Assembly (NCBI GenBank): GCA_043826435.1 | Contig: JBDRQF010000020.1 | Span: 1-13,100, forward strand | Reading direction: 5' to 3' | Source of the DNA: Elusimicrobiota bacterium | GTDB lineage: Bacteria > Elusimicrobiota > Endomicrobiia > CG1-02-37-114 > JAHJSO01 | Length of the DNA stretch: 13,100 nt | Shown: piece by piece, positions 7,176 to 13,100 of the stretch | Layout: each line of letters begins with the position of its first letter | How positions within the stretch are numbered: position 1 is the first letter of the stretch | Notes under the pieces: generated by a model | Told to the model about the DNA's origin: nothing | Seen by the model: only the letters and a program-made list of their open reading frames with translations | Databases searched by the model: none | Made by a program: the position numbers and the translations under genes

Positions 7176-8162
7176 ATGGTAAACATTCGTCCAAAAACTT
7201 TGTCTGCGACAGTTGTGTTGCTGGCGGTTGCGATGATAGTTTTGTCGTCGGGTAATTCTCCCGCCGGTTCGCCCGGGCAATTTGACGCGGACGATTTTCT
7301 GAAAAAATATTTCTGGCGGGAGGTAATTACGCTCTCCCCCCCGAAAAGGCCGAAGATTGTCCTGGTCTTGAGCGGCGGCGGCGCAAGGGGGCTGTCTCAC
7401 ATCGGCGTCCTGAAGGTCTTCCGGGAAGAGGGCATTCCCATAGACGGCATTGCAGGCACGAGCGTTGGGGCGCTGGTCGGCGGACTTTACTGCAGCGGGC
7501 TGGACGTTGAAAAGATAGAAATAATGGCTGAAGAAATCGGATGGACAAGTTTAACGAACATATCGCCCCCTTCTATAGTCGGAATGATTGTTGCGGACAA
7601 ACTTTTTTCAAGCGAAAATATGGAAAAATATATTGCGGAGAAGATAGGTAATAAACAGTTTCATGAATTAAAAATTCCTTTTGCCTGCGTGGCGACTGAT
7701 TTAAAGACAGGGGAAAGAATTATATTCAGGGAAGGGGACGTTGCCGGCGCTGTCAGGGCAAGTGCGACGATACCGGGAGTTTTCAGCCCGGCGGAATACA
7801 GGCACAGGAAACTGGTTGACGGCGGCGTGGTGGCTAACATCCCTGTTGACCTGGCGAAGATGCTTTCTGCCGACATCATCGTAGTCGTTGACATAAGCGC
7901 CGACTTCACTAAATACAGCACAGCAAACATGTTGCTTGTCTTAAACCAGTCAATCTATATACAGAGTTCACTCCTCTCTACGGAAGCCCTGAAACAGGCG
8001 GATGTCGTAATAAACCCGAGGGTAGGCGACGTAAGCGCCTACGAACTGTGGCGTGGCAGGGAATGCATTGATGCGGGCGTAATTGCCGCCCGTAAAGCGA
8101 TGCCGAAATTGAAAAAATTAATAATGGACAGGACGTTCCAATGGCTATTAAAACAAGGTTGA
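7176..8162 (+). CDS. Patatin-like phospholipase (NTE/RssA family) with N-terminal signal or membrane anchor
   Basis: 328 aa with oxyanion motif LSGGGARG, nucleophile GTSVG, ASATIPG and catalytic DGG. Hydrophobic N-terminus ATVVLLAVAMIVL. Confidence 0.93.
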   Translation: MVNIRPKTLSATVVLLAVAMIVLSSGNSPAGSPGQFDADDFLKKYFWREVITLSPPKRPKIVLVLSGGGARGLSHIGVLKVFREEGIPIDGIAGTSVGALVGGLYCSGLDVEKIEIMAEEIGWTSLTNISPPSIVGMIVADKLFSSENMEKYIAEKIGNKQFHELKIPFACVATDLKTGERIIFREGDVAGAVRASATIPGVFSPAEYRHRKLVDGGVVANIPVDLAKMLSADIIVVVDISADFTKYSTANMLLVLNQSIYIQSSLLSTEALKQADVVINPRVGDVSAYELWRGRECIDAGVIAARKAMPKLKKLIMDRTFQWLLKQG

Positions 8163-9196
8163 TTGCTGTTTTTGTCTTGTGCTTGATAACGGGCATTGGT
8201 TTTGCCGACGGGACTTCTGCCACTGCGTCTCCTGCCACCGTGGTTTCCGCCACTGACCCTTCGGCAAAAAAACTTTCAAAAAAGGAACGGTTGAGGTTAA
8301 AGGCGGAGGCGGACGTTTTATTCTCAAGCGGCAATTACTCTTCTGCCCTCGGAAAATACGGTCTCCTGCTAAAATACAAATGGAAAAAAGACGATCATCT
8401 GCTGATGTTATACAACACGGCTGTTTCTTACAGGAATCAGGGTGAATACGACAAGGCGATTGAATTCCTCCTGCATTGTACCGAACTTGACCCACGGGAT
8501 GCAAGACCACACCTAAAACTTGCAATGATATATGAAACCATCCATCTTTACGGAGAGGCGACAAAATCATACAAGAGAACGCTGGAACTCGGTAAAGAAA
8601 AATTTGAGTGCTATTCCGGGCTTGGGAGGATATACCAGGGTTTGGGCCTTAACGGACAGGCGGTTGAGCACTACAGGCAGGCATTATTGATAAGATCAAC
8701 GAATGAGATATACAGGCAACTTTCAAGGTGTTACGAGACCTTAAATAACCGGGAACTCGCGGCTTCAATGCTGAAACAGGTAATCTCGCAGGAAGGGGAG
8801 GCGGCGTCCGTTTCCGACTACCTGCAATTGTCCTTCCTGTATTCAATACAGCAGAAATATGAAGACGCTCTGGGAACGATTTCTACCGCCATAAACAAAT
8901 GGCCCGACAATCGTGAACTGAAATTTCACCTCATTACGATACACTTCAAAAAAGGCGATATTAAACAGGCGCGGGCGCTTGTTGGTGCCATGATAGAGAT
9001 GGAACCCGAAGACGCTCTCGCCCATTTTCTGATGGGGCTTATCGCATATTTTGAGAAGAGCCCCGGTAATTTAAAAACGGTAAAGCAGGAGATGGAGAGG
9101 GCGGCGGCAATTGCCAAAACACCGATGTTAAAAGAGTACAGCGAAATTTTTGTTAAGCACCTGAGCGGCGAAACGGAGGCGACAGGAAAAAGATGA
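8141..9196 (+). CDS. Exported tetratricopeptide-repeat protein
   Basis: 351 aa. Signal peptide (…GIGFA|DG), an S/A/T/P-rich linker, then several TPR units (YNTAVSY..QGEYDKAI, LAMIY…YGEA, GLGRIY..LG…A, AHFLMG). It overlaps the patatin gene by 22 bp and lysA by ATGA. Confidence 0.85.
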   Translation: MAIKTRLIAVFVLCLITGIGFADGTSATASPATVVSATDPSAKKLSKKERLRLKAEADVLFSSGNYSSALGKYGLLLKYKWKKDDHLLMLYNTAVSYRNQGEYDKAIEFLLHCTELDPRDARPHLKLAMIYETIHLYGEATKSYKRTLELGKEKFECYSGLGRIYQGLGLNGQAVEHYRQALLIRSTNEIYRQLSRCYETLNNRELAASMLKQVISQEGEAASVSDYLQLSFLYSIQQKYEDALGTISTAINKWPDNRELKFHLITIHFKKGDIKQARALVGAMIEMEPEDALAHFLMGLIAYFEKSPGNLKTVKQEMERAAAIAKTPMLKEYSEIFVKHLSGETEATGKR

Positions 9197-10533
9197 TAAC
9201 GTTTAATTATACCGGCGGTTTGCTGCATTGTGAAGGCGTCCCGGTAAGGGAAATTACAAAAAGGACCGGCACTCCGGTTTATATATATTCAAAAAATAAA
9301 ATTCTGAAAAACCTTGCGGAATACGGAAAGGCATTTTCTTCAGTCCCGCATCTCCTGTGTTATGCCGTAAAGGCAAATACGGGTTATGCTGTGTGCAAAA
9401 CGATTTTTTCCGCCGGGGCAGGCGCCGAGGTCGCCAGCGGGGGCGAGTTATACAGGGTACTGAAAGCCGGCGCTGACCCACGTAAGATTGTATTTTCTGG
9501 CGCAGGGAAAACCCGTGAGGAAATTGAATTTGCGATAAGGAATGGCGTCCTGCTTATCAATGCGGAGTCCGTTGAAGAACTGTCTTTGATAAATACGCTT
9601 GCCGGACGGATGGAGCGGGCAGGGCAGACGGGCGGGGCCCCGAGGCGGGCAGGCGGGACGAGTCGGGTAGGGCAGGCGGGCGGCACCCGACAGAAAATAC
9701 TGGTAGGCATAAGGGTGAACCCGGACATTGACCCGCACACGCACAGGCATATCACAACGGGCAAATCAGAAAATAAATTCGGCATACCCCTGCCTTTTGC
9801 TATGAACGTTTACCGGGGGTCGGGGCAATACAGTAACCTGTCGGTGGAAGGGGTGCACTGCCACATCGGCTCGCAAATTGTGTCAACGAAGCCGTTCGTT
9901 GAAATGTGTATGAAGTTGTCCTCACTGATTAAAAAACTCAGGTCCACAGGGATACCGGTGAAATGGACGGACATCGGCGGGGGGCTGGGAATAAAATACA
10001 AGGATGAATCCCCACCTTCACCGACTGAACTTGCCCGTAAAATTCTACCGGTTTTAAAACCCCTCGGGACGAAAATAATCCTTGAACCGGGCAGGTACAT
10101 CGTCGGCAACGCAGGCATACTCGTTACAAAGGTTATTTACCGCAAAAGGGGCATGCAGAAAAATTTCCTTGTGGTTGATGCGGGCATGACTGACCTGATA
10201 AGGCCTGCCCTGTATGATGCCTATCATGAAATTTCACCCGTTGAAAAATCTCCGGCCGGAAGGGTCAGGATGCAGGCGGACAGGGTGCGGATGGACGTCG
10301 TGGGTCCCATATGCGAAACTTCGGACTATTTAGGCTGGGATAGGCATTTACCATGGCTACCACAGGGGTCCTTGCTTGCCGTTCACTGCGCCGGGGCATA
10401 CTCGTCCAGTATGTCATCTACGTATAATTCCAGGCCAAGGGCTGCAGAGGTGATGGTTGACGGCGCCGTGTGGAAAATAATCAGGAATAGAGAGGACTAC
10501 GGCGATTTGACACGCGGCGAAAGGACGGGATAA
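9193..10533 (+). CDS. lysA: Diaminopimelate decarboxylase
   Basis: 446 aa with PLP lysine motif YAVKAN, ASGGEL, RVNPDID, NKFG, HCHIGSQ, DIGGG, EPGRYIV, VDAGM.DLIRPALY, VVGPICETSD and AGAY...MSS.YNSRPR. It carries an unusual insertion of about 25 aa. Confidence 0.97.
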   Translation: MITFNYTGGLLHCEGVPVREITKRTGTPVYIYSKNKILKNLAEYGKAFSSVPHLLCYAVKANTGYAVCKTIFSAGAGAEVASGGELYRVLKAGADPRKIVFSGAGKTREEIEFAIRNGVLLINAESVEELSLINTLAGRMERAGQTGGAPRRAGGTSRVGQAGGTRQKILVGIRVNPDIDPHTHRHITTGKSENKFGIPLPFAMNVYRGSGQYSNLSVEGVHCHIGSQIVSTKPFVEMCMKLSSLIKKLRSTGIPVKWTDIGGGLGIKYKDESPPSPTELARKILPVLKPLGTKIILEPGRYIVGNAGILVTKVIYRKRGMQKNFLVVDAGMTDLIRPALYDAYHEISPVEKSPAGRVRMQADRVRMDVVGPICETSDYLGWDRHLPWLPQGSLLAVHCAGAYSSSMSSTYNSRPRAAEVMVDGAVWKIIRNREDYGDLTRGERTG

Positions 10534-10555
10534 GGCGGAATAGGACGGGCTGGCT

Positions 10556-11368
10556 ATGAAATTAAAATTCTCAAAAATGCAGGCGGCCGGTAACGATTTT
10601 ATAATAATAGACAACAGAAACAAAAGGATAAAAACGGGCTACGGGAAACTCGCAAAAAAATTATGCGCGAGGAAGTTTTCTGTAGGCGCCGACGGGCTGA
10701 TACTCGTAGAGAATTCAGGGAACGCCGATTTCAGGATGGTGTATTTTAATTCAGACGGTTCACCGGCGGGCATGTGCGGGAACGGGGCAAGGTGCGTTGC
10801 ATATTATTCTTATCTGCACTGCATATCAAACAGATTCCTTGCCCTTGAAACGTCCGCGGGCATAATCAAAGCAAAAATCACCGGGAAAAGGGTGAAGATA
10901 GACATGCCTGCTCTGGGGGATGTCCGCCAGGACATAAAACTCCGGGTTGACGGGAAGGATTTAGACGCTTCTTTCATCAATACGGGCGTCCCGCACACCG
11001 TTATTATATCCAAAAACACAGGACAGGTTGACGTTGCAGGACTTGGCAAAAGCATACGTTTTCATACGGAGTTTCAGCCGGCGGGGACGAATGTGGATTT
11101 TGTTTCTGTAGTGGACAGGCACCGGATCAAAATAAGAACCTATGAGCGCGGTGTGGAAGAAGAGACATATGCCTGCGGCACCGGGGCAGTGGCAGGGGCG
11201 GTTATATCAGGGCTTAAAAATATGGTTGTGTCTCCGGTAGAATGCGGGACATCCGGCGGCGAAACGCTGGTTGTCTATTTCAGAAAAAAAGAAAACGGTT
11301 TAATAACAAATGTATCGCTGGCCGGTCCCGTCCACCGTGTTTTTGATGGCATCTGTTGCGACGAATAG
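10556..11368 (+). CDS. dapF: Diaminopimelate epimerase
   Basis: 270 aa with motifs FSKMQAAGNDF, GADGL, NSDGS.AGMCGNGARC, TGVPH and RTYERGVEEETYACGTG. Both catalytic cysteines are present. Confidence 0.97.
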   Translation: MKLKFSKMQAAGNDFIIIDNRNKRIKTGYGKLAKKLCARKFSVGADGLILVENSGNADFRMVYFNSDGSPAGMCGNGARCVAYYSYLHCISNRFLALETSAGIIKAKITGKRVKIDMPALGDVRQDIKLRVDGKDLDASFINTGVPHTVIISKNTGQVDVAGLGKSIRFHTEFQPAGTNVDFVSVVDRHRIKIRTYERGVEEETYACGTGAVAGAVISGLKNMVVSPVECGTSGGETLVVYFRKKENGLITNVSLAGPVHRVFDGICCDE

Positions 11369-11433
11369 GGAGCAACGGGTTTGGTGCGGGCGAGCGTCGG
11401 AGCGAGCCTCGTCGCTGTGCGAGGAATAGGGAG
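11353..11433. repeat. Small hairpin-rich element with a 16-bp direct repeat at the dapF/dapA junction
   Basis: TGCGACGAATAGGGAG (11357-11372) and TGCGAGGAATAGGGAG (11418-11433) are 15/16 identical. Hairpins: GTTGC-GA-C-GAATAG-G-GA-GCAAC (11355-11376) and GGC-GA-GC-GTCGGA-GC-GA-GCC (11389-11408). Confidence 0.65.
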
Positions 11434-11439
11434 GTAATC

Positions 11440-12327
11440 ATGTTTGAAGGAAGTTATGTTGCAATCGTAACGCCGTTTAAGGACGGCAAGGTTGATTTTG
11501 AAAAATTGAAGGAACTGGTAAAATTCCATATCCGGCACGGTACATCCGGAATTTTACCCTGCGGGACAACGGGCGAGTCCGCGACCCTTTCGCACGAAGA
11601 ACACGAGGCGGTGATTGAGACAGTCATAAGCACCGTGAAATCGCACGCAAAAGGGAAGGTGAAGGTTATAGCGGGGACCGGCTCAAACAGCACCTCGGAG
11701 ACAATAAAACTTACAAGGTTCGCCAGGACAGCCGGGGCAGACGCGGCGCTTATTATATCTCCCTATTACAACAAACCGACTCAAAAAGGACTGTATCTGC
11801 ATTTTAAGGCGGTCACCGACGAGGTTGATATACCAATAATGCTTTACAACATTCAGTCCAGGACAGCTGTCAATATAAACCCGGAGACAATCGCGCAACT
11901 TGTAAAGACGTGCAGGAACATCGTTGCGGTAAAAGAAGCGAGTGGCTCACTTGACCAGATGTCGGCCACAAAACACGCGTGCCCAGGCATTGAGATGTTA
12001 TCGGGTGATGATGCACTGACACTGCCGTTGTTATCCATCGGGGGGATTGGTGTCGTTTCGGTGGTTGCGAACATAGTGCCAAAGGATGTTGCGGATATGG
12101 TATCTGCATGGCTATCGGGTAATCATAAAAAGGCAATGGAGATTCACTACAAACTATACCCGTTAGTGAAGGCGATGTTTATTGAAACAAACCCCATCCC
12201 CGTGAAAACGGCGCTGGGCCTTATGGGGATGTGTTCGCCTGAGTTGCGGCTTCCGATGTCAGAAATGGAAGAGCAAAATGTTGCAAAACTCAAAAATGCA
12301 CTCAGGGAATACGGTCTGCTCAAATGA
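11440..12327 (+). CDS. dapA: 4-hydroxy-tetrahydrodipicolinate synthase
   Basis: The start is moved from 11356 to ATG 11440, which has RBS GGAGGT and the canonical N-terminus MFEGSYVAIVTPF. Motifs CGTTGES, GTGSNST, SPYYNKP, YNIQSRT, KEASG, SGDD and ETNPIPVK; 295 aa. Confidence 0.97.
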   Translation: MFEGSYVAIVTPFKDGKVDFEKLKELVKFHIRHGTSGILPCGTTGESATLSHEEHEAVIETVISTVKSHAKGKVKVIAGTGSNSTSETIKLTRFARTAGADAALIISPYYNKPTQKGLYLHFKAVTDEVDIPIMLYNIQSRTAVNINPETIAQLVKTCRNIVAVKEASGSLDQMSATKHACPGIEMLSGDDALTLPLLSIGGIGVVSVVANIVPKDVADMVSAWLSGNHKKAMEIHYKLYPLVKAMFIETNPIPVKTALGLMGMCSPELRLPMSEMEEQNVAKLKNALREYGLLK

Positions 12328-12332
12328 CACGC

Positions 12333-12381
12333 TTGACATACTCCCCGCCGCTTGCGTTGGGGGTATTCGGCGACATTCGTA
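12333..12381 (-). mobile_element. IS200/IS605-family right-end-like hairpin remnant (no transposase or TnpB gene)
   Basis: The minus strand reads GAATACCCCCAACGCAAGCGGCGGGGAGTATGTCAA: a subterminal imperfect hairpin followed by GAGTATGTCAA. This resembles the '…GGGGAGTATGTCAA' right ends of IS605/IS1341-type elements (recognised from memory, not searched). Confidence 0.55.
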
Positions 12382-12402
12382 ATAAAAGAAGAAGGTGAAA
12401 AA

Positions 12403-13100
12403 ATGGTAAAAATTATTATCTCCGGAATTTGTGGCAAAATGGGTTCAAGGATTTTGGCGCTTGCGGCAGAGAACGAAGAAATAAAAGTTGTCGGTGGCAT
12501 TGAGACCGGCGGACACCCCATGGTCGGTAAAAAAATCCCCCCCGTTAACTGCCCTGTTGAAGATAAATTAGAGGGACTTATCAATCAAGCGGATGTGTTA
12601 GTTGACTTCTCAAACCCTGGTGCGACACTTGAACATCTGAAGGTTGCGGAAAAATTTAAAAAGCCGTTTGTCACGGGGACGACCGGCATTTCCGAAGAAC
12701 AGACAGAAAAAATTAAGGCGATAAGCCGGGGCATACCGGTTGTCTTATCGCCGAATATGAGTATCGGGGTGAACCTGTTGTTTAAACTCGTCGGCGAAGT
12801 GGCGAAGGTAATTCCGTCGTACAATGTTGAAATAGTGGAATCACATCACAATCAAAAAAAGGACGCCCCCTCGGGCACTGCTCTCAAACTTGCTGAAAAG
12901 ATAAACCAGGCATCAGGCGGTAAACTCAATTACATATACGGGAGAAAAGGCATTACGGGGGCGAGGAAACCGGACGAGATAGGCATTTTGTCCGTGCGGG
13001 CGGGCGACATCGTAGGCGAACACACCGTTGTTTTCGCCGGGACGGGAGAACGGATTGAACTGGCTCACAGGGCGCATTCAAGGGACACGTTCGCAGCAGG
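12403..13100 (+). CDS. dapB: 4-hydroxy-tetrahydrodipicolinate reductase, 3' end outside the window
   Basis: Not in the ORF track because it has no stop in the window. Translated by hand from ATG 12403 (RBS GAAGGTG): MVKIIISGICGKMG…VDFS…GTTG…SPNMSIGVN…VEIVESHHNQKKDAPSGTA…RAGDIVGEHTV…HRAHSRDTFAA. Confidence 0.97.
   Translation, partial: MVKIIISGICGKMGSRILALAAENEEIKVVGGIETGGHPMVGKKIPPVNCPVEDKLEGLINQADVLVDFSNPGATLEHLKVAEKFKKPFVTGTTGISEEQTEKIKAISRGIPVVLSPNMSIGVNLLFKLVGEVAKVIPSYNVEIVESHHNQKKDAPSGTALKLAEKINQASGGKLNYIYGRKGITGARKPDEIGILSVRAGDIVGEHTVVFAGTGERIELAHRAHSRDTFAA

Noticed and set aside
11356..11439. 28-aa N-terminal extension of DapA given in the ORF track
   Set aside because: The TTG start has no RBS and reads through the hairpin element. 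ATG 11440 has GGAGGT and the canonical N-terminus.
12333..12362. Internal promoter for dapB from TTGACA at 12333-12338
   Set aside because: There is no -10 hexamer 16-19 bp downstream (the region is G-rich). The hexamer is better explained as an IS-end motif.

Overview
This 13.1 kb bacterial window has two divergent arms separated by back-to-back sigma70-like promoters (4385-4590). The left arm (minus strand) is a tightly coupled three-gene operon: an FdrA/YahF-like acyl-CoA-synthetase-fold protein, a divergent type I phosphoribosyltransferase (PRTase, UPRTase-like), and a YlbE/YahG (DUF1116) protein. It converges on an AT-rich GIY-YIG nuclease gene (5'-truncated by the window edge) that is followed by three REP-like hairpin repeats. 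The right arm (plus strand) carries argG, three predicted exported proteins (orphan TolC-family, patatin-like phospholipase, TPR protein), then lysA-dapF-dapA-dapB (dapB runs off the window). The two most unusual things are (1) the fdrA-PRTase-ylbE operon, which lacks the usual ylbF and carbamate kinase partners, and (2) a GIY-YIG nuclease with hairpin repeats that supply the stop codons of neighbouring genes, with a related hairpin at the dapF/dapA junction. Also notable are an IS200/IS605-type end remnant between dapA and dapB and a G-tract-rich in-frame insertion in lysA. All assignments come from motif recognition by eye; no searches were run.
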